In this document: positions 47,273 to 57,553 of the stretch, one piece after another
Layout of the letters: every line of letters begins with the position of its first letter
Numbering within the stretch: position 1 is the stretch's first letter
DNA from: a virus
Taxonomy: Duplodnaviria > Heunggongvirae > Uroviricota > Caudoviricetes
Length of the DNA: 64,000 bases
IMG/VR virus record: IMGVR_UViG_3300043467_001216
Strand: one strand, 5' to 3'
Notes under the pieces: generated by a model
Told to the model about the DNA's origin: nothing
The model's database searches: none
What the model saw: the letters and a program-made list of their open reading frames with translations, nothing else
Position numbers and translations under genes: made by a program

Positions 47273-48091
47273 TTATTTCAGTAAATTATAGTATTCTTTA
47301 AATTTCTTTAGTCTATCAGCTAAACCATTAGTTCCACCATTTATTCTTTTGGTTAGTTGTTTTACAACATCGTCACTAATTCCTTTATCACAGATACTCC
47401 AAAGACCGTTAGAGTTAAAGAAATAAGCCGCAGATGCTAATGGGTATTTAGTTGATACCAAATCAGGATTACTCACACAATCTTCACCAATAAACTTAGT
47501 GAAGTTTACATAATTAGATTTACCGGTTAATTGGATATATCCTCTACCACGAAATTTAAAACCTTCCATAGTTAATTCAGAACCATTCCCCATTCTATCA
47601 CCATAAACTCGTGAAGCAATTTTTTCAGGTTTTTTAGCGTATGATTCAGATAGATTACCAGGAAAATATTTACCAAACACTTTCTTTAATCCGTCAGATG
47701 AGTAATTTAAGTTTTCCTCAACTGCTCTAAAACTACCACTTTCGTGAGCACATTGTGATAAGAAGTGAGCCAATCTTAAAGGTGATGTAATGTTGAATTT
47801 TTTAGCAACCTCATCAATTTGATTAATAACTGTTCCGGGAACAACACCAACTAACTTATCAAGTTTGAATGTTGTATTTTTAGGATTAACAACATCTTCC
47901 TTAATCATAGTTCCTAATTTTAATTTATCCCAAGATAATTGTCCGACAATACCATCATCAACTAATCCATTACTTCTTTGCCATTCTTTAACTTTTTTTT
48001 CAGTCCCTGGACCAAAAATACCGTCGGGGTTTAAACCTAACTTCGTTTGTAGTAATTTAACGTCTTCCCCTGTTGAACCAATTTTTAACAT
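47273..48091 (-). CDS. Endolysin: peptidoglycan-binding domain + GH19 catalytic domain
   Basis: DGIFGPGT/DGIVG; FLSQCAHES, ENLNYS, FRGRGYIQLTG, INGGTNG. Confidence 0.93.
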   Translation of the reverse strand: MLKIGSTGEDVKLLQTKLGLNPDGIFGPGTEKKVKEWQRSNGLVDDGIVGQLSWDKLKLGTMIKEDVVNPKNTTFKLDKLVGVVPGTVINQIDEVAKKFNITSPLRLAHFLSQCAHESGSFRAVEENLNYSSDGLKKVFGKYFPGNLSESYAKKPEKIASRVYGDRMGNGSELTMEGFKFRGRGYIQLTGKSNYVNFTKFIGEDCVSNPDLVSTKYPLASAAYFFNSNGLWSICDKGISDDVVKQLTKRINGGTNGLADRLKKFKEYYNLLK

Positions 48092-48163
48092 AACTTTATC
48101 GTTTTTATTATTGATAAATACTTTTGAAATGATTAATATTTGATTATAAAACTATATTAAAAT

Positions 48164-48694
48164 ATGTCTAAATTTGTTATTGATAATCTCCATTCAGAGA
48201 TTGAGTTTAAAGTGAAACATTTAATGATTTCAACCGTTACAGGTCGTTTCACAGAGTTTACCGCAGAAATTACTGCAGAAAAAGAAGATTTTACAGATGC
48301 TCAAATTAGTTTTGAAGCTGACGTAAATTCTATCACAACAAGTGTTGTAGATAGAGACAACCACCTTAAATCTCCTGATTTCTTCGACGCTGAGAGTTAC
48401 CCTAAATTAGCTTTTAAATCAACAAATGTTGTATTGGAAAATAATACATACAACGTAACAGGATTATTGAATATCCACGGTGTTGAGAAAGAAGTTACAT
48501 TGGTTGGTGAATACAATGGTAATGACACTGACTTATATGGTAACAAAAAACACGGGTTTGAATTAACAGGAACAATTAAACGTTCAGAATTTGGACTTAC
48601 ATTCAACGCAACAACCGATAAAGGTGGTTTATTAGTATCCGATGAAGTAAAATTAATTGCAAGTGTGCAATTTATTGAGGTTGTGATGGCGTAA
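48164..48694 (+). CDS. YceI-family lipid/polyisoprenoid-binding protein
   Basis: HSEIEFKVKHLMISTVTGRF, RDNHLKSPDFFD, RSEFGL. Confidence 0.93.
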   Translation: MSKFVIDNLHSEIEFKVKHLMISTVTGRFTEFTAEITAEKEDFTDAQISFEADVNSITTSVVDRDNHLKSPDFFDAESYPKLAFKSTNVVLENNTYNVTGLLNIHGVEKEVTLVGEYNGNDTDLYGNKKHGFELTGTIKRSEFGLTFNATTDKGGLLVSDEVKLIASVQFIEVVMA

Positions 48695-48780
48695 TTTGTT
48701 ATTAGTATCTTTGTTAACCCTCATCTTAATTGATGGGGGTTTTTTGTTTTATAAAATATTTATAAAGTAAATAGTTAATT

Positions 48781-50550
48781 ATGATATCACTAGAAAAAAA
48801 CACACGATACTGTTTTTACACCTCAGTAGTTGTGATGACAATGTTTTTGATAATAAAACTTTTAGTGGTGTTTAATTTTCTACCCCTATGTAATTCAGTG
48901 ATGTGGGCTGAATTTATCTGTTTTGTTTTATTTATCCCTCTTTTTTTCAAAATAATTTATGATTATGTGAAAAAAAATAAAGAATCGGTTAAATTAAACT
49001 TTTATGCTAGAAATTTAAATGAAACTTTAATATCTCAGACACACAACCATTTATTCTATGAGGGAAATGTTAATGAAGGTGCTAAATTATTAACTAAAGA
49101 AGTTACTAATAGTATATGTGCCGACAGATGTTCTATTTGGTTATATAACAAAAAAAATAACGGGATTGTTTGTGAACAATTATACGAGAAAAAAGACGAT
49201 GAATGGTTTCAAGGTGTTGAAATATTTGAGAAGGATTTTAAACCGTATTTCGAAGGGTTAAAAACTAACCCAATCATTATTGCGAATGATGTTGACTTAC
49301 ATCCTGCAACAAGTTGTTTTAAAGAAACGTATTCAGGACCCCTTGGTATTAGAGCAATGTTAGACGTTCCAATTATTTATAAGGGAGAAGTTATTGGTGT
49401 TATTTGTATTGAAAGTTATACCGTTAGAGAATGGCATAAAGTGGAAGTAAATTTCGCTGAAATGTTATCATCATTGTATTCATTCGCATATTCTGTGGAA
49501 GAAGGTAATGAACTTAAAAATGAATTATCTGAGTTCGAACATTTTGTTGATTCATCAGTATTGGTTAGTAAAGCAGATAAAAGAGGTAAAATTACATATG
49601 TGAACAAAAAATTCGAAGAGGTATCAGGATGGTCATTGGAAGAATGTTTGGGTAAAGACCATAGAATTGTTAATTCTAACATTCACGATAAGAAATATTG
49701 GTCTAATATGTATAAAACTGTGAAGTCAGGTAAAATTTGGAATGACTTGGTTATCAATAAAAATAAAGATGGTGAATTATATTGGGTTGATACATATATT
49801 AAAGCCGAATTTGATGTTGATAATGGTAAACTAAAAGGTTATACCTCAATTAGACAAGACGTAACTGAAATCCATAAAAACATTGCGGAAATTAATAAAA
49901 AGAACACGTATCTAGAACACGCCGCGAAGATTCTAAGACACGATATGCACTCAGGGATTAATACATACATCCCAAGAGGTATTAGTTCATTAGAACGAAG
50001 ATTAAAACCTGAAGATATTGAAACATTAAAATTGGAGGCCCCACTTAAAATGTTGAAGGAAGGTTTGAAACATACTCAAAAAGTTTACAAGGGAGTTTAT
50101 GAATTTACCAATTTGGTTAAGACTGATGTTGTTTTAACTAAGGAAACTCATAATCTTAAAGATGTCTTAAACGCTTACCTATCCTCAACAGCTTATTCAA
50201 GTCAAGTGGCGATAGATTGGTTACCAACAATAGAAATTAACGAATCATTATTCTGTACCGCGATTGATAATCTAATCCGTAATGGTTTAAAGTATAACGA
50301 TTCTGACGCTAAAATGGTTGCTATCTTTATGGAAAATGAAGAAAATATTGCAATACAAGATAATGGTAGAGGTATGACACAAGAAGAATTTGAACACTTG
50401 TCATTACCATATAATAGAAAAGACGGTCAAAAAGAATCAGGTACAGGTTTAGGTTTAAATATTTGTATCGCAATCCTACACGAACACGGTTTCACTATTA
50501 AATGTGAAAAAAATGAAGTGGGAACTAAATTAACAATTAAAATAAAATGA
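48781..50550 (+). CDS. Membrane sensor histidine kinase (2TM-GAF-PAS-HisKA-HATPase)
   Basis: GAF (LDVPI..G.VIGVIC), PAS (ITYVN, GELYWV), H-box LRHDM, N-box NLIRNGLKY, DNGRGM, GTGLGL. Confidence 0.93.
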   Translation: MISLEKNTRYCFYTSVVVMTMFLIIKLLVVFNFLPLCNSVMWAEFICFVLFIPLFFKIIYDYVKKNKESVKLNFYARNLNETLISQTHNHLFYEGNVNEGAKLLTKEVTNSICADRCSIWLYNKKNNGIVCEQLYEKKDDEWFQGVEIFEKDFKPYFEGLKTNPIIIANDVDLHPATSCFKETYSGPLGIRAMLDVPIIYKGEVIGVICIESYTVREWHKVEVNFAEMLSSLYSFAYSVEEGNELKNELSEFEHFVDSSVLVSKADKRGKITYVNKKFEEVSGWSLEECLGKDHRIVNSNIHDKKYWSNMYKTVKSGKIWNDLVINKNKDGELYWVDTYIKAEFDVDNGKLKGYTSIRQDVTEIHKNIAEINKKNTYLEHAAKILRHDMHSGINTYIPRGISSLERRLKPEDIETLKLEAPLKMLKEGLKHTQKVYKGVYEFTNLVKTDVVLTKETHNLKDVLNAYLSSTAYSSQVAIDWLPTIEINESLFCTAIDNLIRNGLKYNDSDAKMVAIFMENEENIAIQDNGRGMTQEEFEHLSLPYNRKDGQKESGTGLGLNICIAILHEHGFTIKCEKNEVGTKLTIKIK

Positions 50551-51539
50551 GTAAAAAATTTAAAATACTATCAATAGATGGTGGAGGACTTAGAGGTCTA
50601 ATCCCCCTATTGATATTAAAAGAAGTTGAGAAAATAACCGGAAAGAAAATTTACGAGTTATTTGATTTAATAGTTGGAACGTCAACAGGTGGTATAATCG
50701 CTTGTGGATTAACCGCAAGTAAAGACGGTAAAACTCCGGTATTGTCAATTGACAAATTGATTGAATTATACACCACAAAAGGTAATGTGATTTTCCCATA
50801 TAAAAATAATATCTTCAATAAAATCAATTCGGTATTCAATCCTAAATTTTGTCCTGAAGGATTAGACAATGAGTTGTCAAATTACTTTCAAACATTAAAA
50901 TTGAGTAACACATTAAAACCAATTATTGTAACATCATATGATATTAGAAATAATGAAGTTGTAATGTTTAAAAGTCGTAAATCAAATGAAGTAGGTTATG
51001 ATTGTTTACTGAAAGATGTTTGTAGAGCAACATCAGCGGCACCAACTTATTTACCTTCATATGAAATGAATTATGGTGGTAAGTTAAGAACTTGTATAGA
51101 TGGTGGTGTGTTTGTAAATAACCCCTCATTGGTAGGTATATCGGATGTCGTAAGAAATACTTATGGGTTTGGTGAAATTAATGTTGAGGATATCTCATTA
51201 TTTTCTTTAGGTACAGGTATTTATACAGAAAACTTAGGAGTTAAAGAAACTAAGAGCTGGGGGTTAAAAGATTGGGTTAAACCAATCACCGATGTTATGT
51301 CACAAGCAACCTCAAAAGTTGTTGATTATGAGTGTAACGAGTTCTTAGACAATTATCTACGTGTTCAGGTAACAATAGATGATGAAAGTAAAAGTGATAT
51401 GTCAGATTCAAGAATTGAAACGACAAATTATTTGATTAGTAGAGTAAACACTCAAGTTTTAAAGAACGTTAATAAATTAAACGAAATAAAAGAATTTTTA
51501 AAAAAGTTAGGTAATGATAGAATCAATCTTATTAGTTGA
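50547..51539 (+). CDS. Patatin-like phospholipase
   Basis: DGGGLRG, GTSTGG, SAAPTY, DGGV. Confidence 0.95.
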   Translation: MSKKFKILSIDGGGLRGLIPLLILKEVEKITGKKIYELFDLIVGTSTGGIIACGLTASKDGKTPVLSIDKLIELYTTKGNVIFPYKNNIFNKINSVFNPKFCPEGLDNELSNYFQTLKLSNTLKPIIVTSYDIRNNEVVMFKSRKSNEVGYDCLLKDVCRATSAAPTYLPSYEMNYGGKLRTCIDGGVFVNNPSLVGISDVVRNTYGFGEINVEDISLFSLGTGIYTENLGVKETKSWGLKDWVKPITDVMSQATSKVVDYECNEFLDNYLRVQVTIDDESKSDMSDSRIETTNYLISRVNTQVLKNVNKLNEIKEFLKKLGNDRINLIS

Positions 51540-51951
51540 TGACGAGGATTTATTCCACTTAGTATTTGAGGACGCATGTTCATTATTAGATATTAGTTTA
51601 TCACTAAAATCTGTGAACAGTTCTGATGAAGCCGCAAGGATGTTTAAACAATGGTTTGATTCAGGTGACCATAAAGAAAAACCTGAATGTGTATTTGTGG
51701 ATTTAAATTTAATTGGTTCAGCATTTGATGGGATTGAATTAGTTAGAAAGATAAATTTTGAATACGGTAACCACGTTGTTATTGGAATTATTTCATCATC
51801 AAATGAACCATCAGAACAAGCGAAAGCGGTACAAGCCGGAGCACAGTTTTGGTTAGTTAAATCAGATGAAATTGAACCAAGATTAGAAGAGTTCAGAACA
51901 GATTACCCAAATTTTAAAAATAGAACACAAACATTTAAAGTTTACAAATGA
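51514..51951 (+). CDS. Single-domain response regulator (receiver)
   Basis: ILLVDDE, VFVDLNL, ISSS, GA..WLVK. Confidence 0.9.
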   Translation: MIESILLVDDEDLFHLVFEDACSLLDISLSLKSVNSSDEAARMFKQWFDSGDHKEKPECVFVDLNLIGSAFDGIELVRKINFEYGNHVVIGIISSSNEPSEQAKAVQAGAQFWLVKSDEIEPRLEEFRTDYPNFKNRTQTFKVYK

Positions 51952-52625
51952 TAAAGTTTAGTGCAAATACTAAAAAACAATTATTAGACCTTTACAAGGC
52001 CAAGAATATTGGCCTTGAAGGTAATTTATTGAAAGTAGTTGATTCTGAAGAAGATTCTGAGTTTTCTCAATACATTAAATCCTGTATTGATAAAGATAAA
52101 GAATCAAGAAAAAAACGTTTAGATATAACTAAACAAATTCAAAACAAAAATACCGAACTTGAAAATTTAAATACCGAGAATACCCGAATATTAGAAGAAT
52201 TACAAATAACCTTAGAAAATGTCGAAACATCTAAGAAACAAATTGAATCTCAAAATACCGAACTATTATCTTGGAAAGATGAAAATGAGAGAATTCAATT
52301 AGAACTCCAAGAAGAAATGAAACGAACTGAATCTGCAAGAGAAGAGGCGGAGCACGCTAAAGCAAACGCACTTTCTGATTTAGATTTGTTACAGAAAAAA
52401 ACCCAAACAGAATTAATGGGTAATATTGTTAAAGTAGCCTTAGGTGTTATTATGTTTGTTGCAGTTATTACAACCGCAATGTATGTATTCTCAATTGTGA
52501 TGGGTAAAGAAGTTAACACAATCGGACCAGCTTGGAGTAATATGTTCGGAATCCTATTAACTAACGCATTTAGTATCGTTGGGACAATAATGGGTGTAAA
52601 ATACGCAACTAAAGATAAAGATTAA
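51948..52625 (+). CDS. Coiled-coil protein with two C-terminal TM helices
   Basis: Long heptad region then two hydrophobic helices. Confidence 0.8.
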   Translation: MIKFSANTKKQLLDLYKAKNIGLEGNLLKVVDSEEDSEFSQYIKSCIDKDKESRKKRLDITKQIQNKNTELENLNTENTRILEELQITLENVETSKKQIESQNTELLSWKDENERIQLELQEEMKRTESAREEAEHAKANALSDLDLLQKKTQTELMGNIVKVALGVIMFVAVITTAMYVFSIVMGKEVNTIGPAWSNMFGILLTNAFSIVGTIMGVKYATKDKD

Positions 52626-52783
52626 TCTTTCTTAACCACCTTTTTTACCGTTTTATATTTAACCTCAACTTCATATGGGTTAACCATACTTCTTTTACTA
52701 TCATATTTCCAAATAGTGATATAATCTTCAAACTCGTGGACTTTTTCCCACTTCTTATGTTCTATTTTTACTTCTTTCGCCAT
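52622..52783 (-). CDS. Small hypothetical protein (53 aa)
   Basis: Hand translation MAKEVKIEH...IWKYD...; TATATTTG on minus strand at 52802-52809. Confidence 0.6.
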   Translation of the reverse strand: MAKEVKIEHKKWEKVHEFEDYITIWKYDSKRSMVNPYEVEVKYKTVKKVVKKD

Positions 52784-52829
52784 ATCTGTCAATTATTTTG
52801 TCAAATATAAGTATTTTTTTATTAAAAAA

Positions 52830-52866
52830 CCTGACAAATTATTTTTTTTAACTGACAATTTGTCAT
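52830..52866. promoter_or_regulatory. TGACA-n3-TGTCA operator-like site upstream of dnaK
   Basis: CTGACAATTTGTCAT at 52852-52866 plus half sites. Confidence 0.5.
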
Positions 52867-52931
52867 ACTTGACCTATTGGCATAGTTTTGTTATATTATC
52901 AATCAATAATAAATAAATTAATAAAAAAAGT

Positions 52932-54791
52932 ATGAGTAAAATTATTGGAATTGACTTAGGAACTACGAATTCGTGTGTTGCCGTAATGGAAGGGAATGAA
53001 CCTGTTGTAATCCCTAACAGTGAGGGAAAAAGAACAACACCATCAGTAGTTGGATTTGTTAATGAAGAAAGAAAAGTTGGTGACCCTGCTAAAAGACAAT
53101 CAGTTACTAACCCAACTAATACGGTTTATTCTGTTAAACGTTTTATGGGTTCATCATTTGATGAATGTGTGAATGAAACTACAAAAGTTCCATATTCTGT
53201 AATTAAAGGGAAAAACAATTCCCCAAGAGTAAAAATTGATAATAAAGAATTTTCACCACAAGAAATTTCAGCAACTATCTTACAAAAGATGAAAAAAACT
53301 GCGGAAGATTATTTGGGGTCAACTGTAACTGAAGCGGTTATTACTGTTCCTGCTTACTTTAATGACGCACAAAGACAAGCAACAAAAGAAGCTGGTGAAA
53401 TCGCAGGTTTAACTGTTAGACGTATTATCAACGAACCAACCGCTGCGGCATTGGCTTACGGTTTAGATAAGAAATCAAAAGACGCTGTTGTTGTTGTATT
53501 TGATTGCGGTGGGGGTACGCATGATGTTTCAATCCTTGAATTAGGTGACGGAGTATTTGAAGTAATGTCAACAGATGGGGACACTCACTTAGGTGGTGAT
53601 GACTTCGACCAAACAATTATTGATTACTTAGTAGGAATCTTCAAAGATGAAAATGGTATTGATGTTAGTAAAGACCCAATGGCGTTACAAAGATTAAAAG
53701 AGGCTGCTGAGAAAGCGAAAATTGAGTTATCATCAACCTCATCAACAGAAATTAACTTACCTTACTTAATGCCGGTTGATGGTGTTCCAAAACACTTAGT
53801 AACTTCTTTAAGTAAATCTAAATTCGAACAATTAGTTCAACCATTAGTTGACAGAACTATTAAACCGTGTGAAAGTGCGTTGAAAAGTGCGGGTATTAAA
53901 GTAACCGATATTGATGAAGTTATTTTAGTAGGTGGAACAACAAGAATTCCAGCAATTCAGGAGGCCGTTAAAAAATTCTTTGGTAAAGAACCTTCAAAAG
54001 GTGTTAACCCTGATGAGGTAGTTGCGTTAGGTGCGGCAATCCAAGGTGGTGTATTAGCTGGTGATGTAAAAGACGTGTTATTATTAGATGTTACCCCACT
54101 TTCATTAGGTATCGAAACTATGGGAGGTGTATTCACTAAATTAATTGAATCTAACACAACAATCCCAACTAAAAAATCACAAGTATTCTCTACGGCAGTT
54201 GATAACCAACCAAGTGTTGATATCCACGTATTACAAGGGGAAAGAGCGATGGCTAAGGACAACAAAACTATTGGTAAATTCCAATTGACTGATATTCCAC
54301 CATCACAAAGAGGTGTTCCGCAAATCGAAGTAACTTTTGATATTGACGCTAACGGTATCATTAATGTATCTGCGTTGGATAAAGGAACAAACAAAGTTCA
54401 ATCAATTAAAATTGAAGCGTCTTCAGGATTGTCTAAAGAAGAAATTGAAAGAATGAAATCTGAAGCTGAAGCAAATGCTGAAAACGATAACAAATTACGT
54501 GAGGAGGTTGAATTAATTAATAAAGCTGACAGTGTTGTGTTCCAATCTGAAAAATCAATTAAAGATTTGGAAGATAAAATCTCAGAAACTGATAAAACAG
54601 AATTAACTGAATTGGTTTCAAGTTTAAAAGAATCTGTTGAGAAACGAGAATTAGACGTTTTGGAGTCGAAAATTGAATCAGTCAATACTAAGTTCCAATC
54701 AGTATCTCAAAACTTGTATGATGAGTCAAATGTAACTGATGAGGTGAATGATAGTGATTTTTCTGATGTGGAATTTGACGAAGTGAAATAG
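52932..54791 (+). CDS. dnaK: Hsp70 chaperone DnaK
   Basis: [41 protein letters not shown]. Confidence 0.98.
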   Translation: MSKIIGIDLGTTNSCVAVMEGNEPVVIPNSEGKRTTPSVVGFVNEERKVGDPAKRQSVTNPTNTVYSVKRFMGSSFDECVNETTKVPYSVIKGKNNSPRVKIDNKEFSPQEISATILQKMKKTAEDYLGSTVTEAVITVPAYFNDAQRQATKEAGEIAGLTVRRIINEPTAAALAYGLDKKSKDAVVVVFDCGGGTHDVSILELGDGVFEVMSTDGDTHLGGDDFDQTIIDYLVGIFKDENGIDVSKDPMALQRLKEAAEKAKIELSSTSSTEINLPYLMPVDGVPKHLVTSLSKSKFEQLVQPLVDRTIKPCESALKSAGIKVTDIDEVILVGGTTRIPAIQEAVKKFFGKEPSKGVNPDEVVALGAAIQGGVLAGDVKDVLLLDVTPLSLGIETMGGVFTKLIESNTTIPTKKSQVFSTAVDNQPSVDIHVLQGERAMAKDNKTIGKFQLTDIPPSQRGVPQIEVTFDIDANGIINVSALDKGTNKVQSIKIEASSGLSKEEIERMKSEAEANAENDNKLREEVELINKADSVVFQSEKSIKDLEDKISETDKTELTELVSSLKESVEKRELDVLESKIESVNTKFQSVSQNLYDESNVTDEVNDSDFSDVEFDEVK

Positions 54792-54859
54792 TCAATAGTT
54801 TTAGAAAAAATTTATCCCCAAGGTTGTTTTACTTTGGGGATTTTTTATATCTTTGAGAT

Positions 54860-55342
54860 ATGAAAACGAAAGCACCATACGAAATAACATCTAAAGCGAT
54901 TAAAGGATACGACGAGTCAAAAATCGCTAAATCTGAAACTAATGATTGTGTTGTAAGAGCATTTGCGTCATCGTTTGATATTCCATATGACAAGGCGTGG
55001 AAGATTATCTCTGAGAAATTTGGTAGACAACCAAGACAAGGAACTCGTGGTACATTCGCAACACTTAACAAATTGGCGGAAGTTCGTTATACTTGTAATT
55101 ACAAGAAAATTAAACCGATTGGTGGAACATACGGAGCATTACATTACGATGTTAAAGTAAAGGGTGAGGTTGTTAAAAGAAAAATGACTGTTGGGACATT
55201 CATTAAGAAATACCCTGAAGGAACATTCTTCATCATAGTTAAAGGACACGCATTCACAATCAAGAATGGTGTGGTTATCGGTAACTACGAAGACGCAATA
55301 AAATTGAGAAAAGAGATATATTTCGCATACCAAATTAAATAA
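54860..55342 (+). CDS. Putative Cys-His (papain-like) domain phage protein
   Basis: NDCVVRA...KGHAFTI; TATCTTTG at 54848-54855. Confidence 0.6.
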   Translation: MKTKAPYEITSKAIKGYDESKIAKSETNDCVVRAFASSFDIPYDKAWKIISEKFGRQPRQGTRGTFATLNKLAEVRYTCNYKKIKPIGGTYGALHYDVKVKGEVVKRKMTVGTFIKKYPEGTFFIIVKGHAFTIKNGVVIGNYEDAIKLRKEIYFAYQIK

Positions 55343-55345
55343 ATT

Positions 55346-55864
55346 ATGAAAGTATTATTTTTAGACCACGACGGAGTTATCTGTTTGTCGAGTAATTGGG
55401 GTGGACGTTTTAAGAAAGTGGGGTTTGATAGTAACCCTGAAACACCATTGGATATCCGAATGGATAACTTTGATGTTAAGGCGGTTAAACTATTAAACAG
55501 TATTGTTGATATTACCGGTTGTGAACTTGTTATATCATCAGATTGGAAATTACAAGGGACATTAGAACAAATGAAAAAAATGTTTGTTACCCGTGGAATT
55601 AAACCACCAATTGACTACACACCTAATTTAAAGACTTTTGATGAGGGTGCGGAACATTTATTAAAAGCGACTCTTGATTTCGAGGAAATACGAGTATTAG
55701 AAATTAAAAAGTATTTGGAAGACCATCCTGAAGTAACACATTGGGTTGCGGTTGATGATATGGACTTATCTAAATTAGAAAATTTCGTTCAAACTAAACG
55801 ACCATATAATGAAGGAATCAAACAATCCGGAGTTAAAGATAAAATTATTGATTTTCTAAAATAA
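55346..55864 (+). CDS. HAD-family phosphatase (Swiss-army-knife RNA repair-like)
   Basis: FLDHDGV, ISSDWK, WVAVDD. Confidence 0.85.
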   Translation: MKVLFLDHDGVICLSSNWGGRFKKVGFDSNPETPLDIRMDNFDVKAVKLLNSIVDITGCELVISSDWKLQGTLEQMKKMFVTRGIKPPIDYTPNLKTFDEGAEHLLKATLDFEEIRVLEIKKYLEDHPEVTHWVAVDDMDLSKLENFVQTKRPYNEGIKQSGVKDKIIDFLK

Positions 55865-55875
55865 AAAAACCCTCT

Positions 55876-56154
55876 TTATTGAGGGTTTTCTGTTTCATCA
55901 GTGTTTTCAGTATTGGTTGATTTTTCTTTTTGAATTTTACTAATCATCCATCCCGCAACTGCGAATTCGGCGGTAGCCCAAAGTAAAAATTCACCCATAC
56001 TTAATGTCGAATGTTTTTCCAATAAGAAGAAAATCATACCCCATTGTGCGATTACAAATGCGATACCTGACTCAATTCTTTTTTTAGAAAAGTAAGATGT
56101 TCTTGCTGAATACATATTCATTAATTCAGTGAATAACCATTTAATTTTTTTCAT
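55876..56154 (-). CDS. Two-TM protein, holin candidate
   Basis: SKKR then two TM helices and charged tail; TATTTAT on minus strand at 56169-56175. Confidence 0.5.
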   Translation of the reverse strand: MKKIKWLFTELMNMYSARTSYFSKKRIESGIAFVIAQWGMIFFLLEKHSTLSMGEFLLWATAEFAVAGWMISKIQKEKSTNTENTDETENPQ

Positions 56155-56254
56155 AACTGTTTTTATTGATAAATATCAGGCATTAAAAAAGGGGGATGGT
56201 AGCGAACCTCCCCCTAGTCAGTGTTACCGAAACGGTAACGGTCCTAACTGAAAA

Positions 56255-56782
56255 TTATTTACCTTTTAACAGGTTAAGACATTGTTTTAAATATTCTTTA
56301 GACCTAGCCGATGGTGTTAATTCATCCTCTCTACTTTGAATATTAAGAATCCTTTCAATATCTTTAACTAATTCTGTCCCGTGTTCGTGTTCTTTGTAAA
56401 GTTCAATTACTTTATCCATTGCTTTATGACAATTACCTGTAGTTTCATCATAATAATTTTTATTTCTAAATTGATTTAAGTGATTCATCATTTCGTATGA
56501 CAAATGAGCACCACCATCTTTGATATCTTTGAATAATCTGATGTTATTTAAAATACCTAAAGTATCAACGATTGAATTTACACCGTTTTGTCTTTTATAA
56601 ACACCTGGTGAATAACTAGCGGCGTCTTTAACACTACCAACAATATCATCTAAATTAATGACGTTGTTTGTCAAACATCTTGGTTTTTGTTCTTCATCTT
56701 GTTCACCATTAGAAACTTGTTCCATTATTTTTGTTCGAATAATTTTTCTAAGTTCTTTTTCGTCTATTATAATTCTTTTCAT
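56255..56782 (-). CDS. Leader-tagged hypothetical protein
   Basis: MKRIIIDEKELRKII; TATTTAT on minus strand at 56808-56814. Confidence 0.85.
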   Translation of the reverse strand: MKRIIIDEKELRKIIRTKIMEQVSNGEQDEEQKPRCLTNNVINLDDIVGSVKDAASYSPGVYKRQNGVNSIVDTLGILNNIRLFKDIKDGGAHLSYEMMNHLNQFRNKNYYDETTGNCHKAMDKVIELYKEHEHGTELVKDIERILNIQSREDELTPSARSKEYLKQCLNLLKGK

Positions 56783-56881
56783 ATGTCAATATTTTATTTT
56801 TCTTTTAATAAATATTTGAATATTTATAATTAACCATCGGTTGTGCTAAAATGAGCATAAATTTTAATTTAAAATATATGG

Positions 56882-57103
56882 ATGATGAGAGTAGGAAACA
56901 AGACTTGGAAACAAATATTTATGGGAAATGTGGCAGTGAAATGTCTTGTCTTGGGAATGTTCTTCAATCCTTTTGGGTTCGATGCGGTTCAATATTATCT
57001 TTATACTCTAACAGGAAGTTTAATGAAAGCAAATTTAATTTTGTATGGTATTTCGGGGTTTTTCTTTGGTTTATATTTCTTCTTTCGAAATCGTTCTAAG
57101 TAA
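56882..57103 (+). CDS. Small membrane protein
   Basis: GMFFNPFGFDA plus second TM; start uncertain. Confidence 0.6.
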   Translation: MMRVGNKTWKQIFMGNVAVKCLVLGMFFNPFGFDAVQYYLYTLTGSLMKANLILYGISGFFFGLYFFFRNRSK

Positions 57104-57107
57104 AACT

Positions 57108-57512
57108 TTACAGTTTTAACTCAAAACGATTCTTCATTATTTCTAACTTATCTTCAGGAACGTTATGTTGATTAACACCACCGTGTCTATTTTCAACAAC
57201 CATTGAAAACACTGTGAATCCGAATTCTTTTGCCAATTCATAATAAACATCCATTTCCCATTCTTGGGTGAATGTATTAGCAACTGCGATTCTTGTTGGT
57301 GTCATTCCACCATTTGCGTTCTTCATAGATATTCTAACTTGGTTTTGACACCAAGCGTGAGCGTCCTTTAATTTAAGGGGGTTGAATTTATATTCATTAC
57401 CTTCCATAAAGAACATATCAGCTTCAAAATAAACAGCACCGATAGATTTTGCTAACGTTGATTTACCCGCTCCAGGTAAACCTCTCAAGAGATATAAAAT
57501 TTTTCCATTCAT
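57108..57512 (-). CDS. P-loop kinase (AAA_33/polynucleotide-kinase-like)
   Basis: RGLPGAGKST, EADMFF, AHAWC, NTFTQEWE, HNVP. Confidence 0.88.
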   Translation of the reverse strand: MNGKILYLLRGLPGAGKSTLAKSIGAVYFEADMFFMEGNEYKFNPLKLKDAHAWCQNQVRISMKNANGGMTPTRIAVANTFTQEWEMDVYYELAKEFGFTVFSMVVENRHGGVNQHNVPEDKLEIMKNRFELKL

Positions 57513-57553
57513 AAGTCAAATGTAGTGATATTTATAATATAAAACAACAAATA

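Noticed and set aside
52878-52893. Sigma-54-like TGGCA...TTG site upstream of dnaK
   Set aside because: Spacing is one base short of the -24/-12 consensus and the -12 GC is absent
56183-56215. preQ1-riboswitch-like GGTTCGCTACC loop
   Set aside because: It is followed by a U-tract rather than the A-rich pseudoknot tail and lies after a gene, so it fits a terminator better
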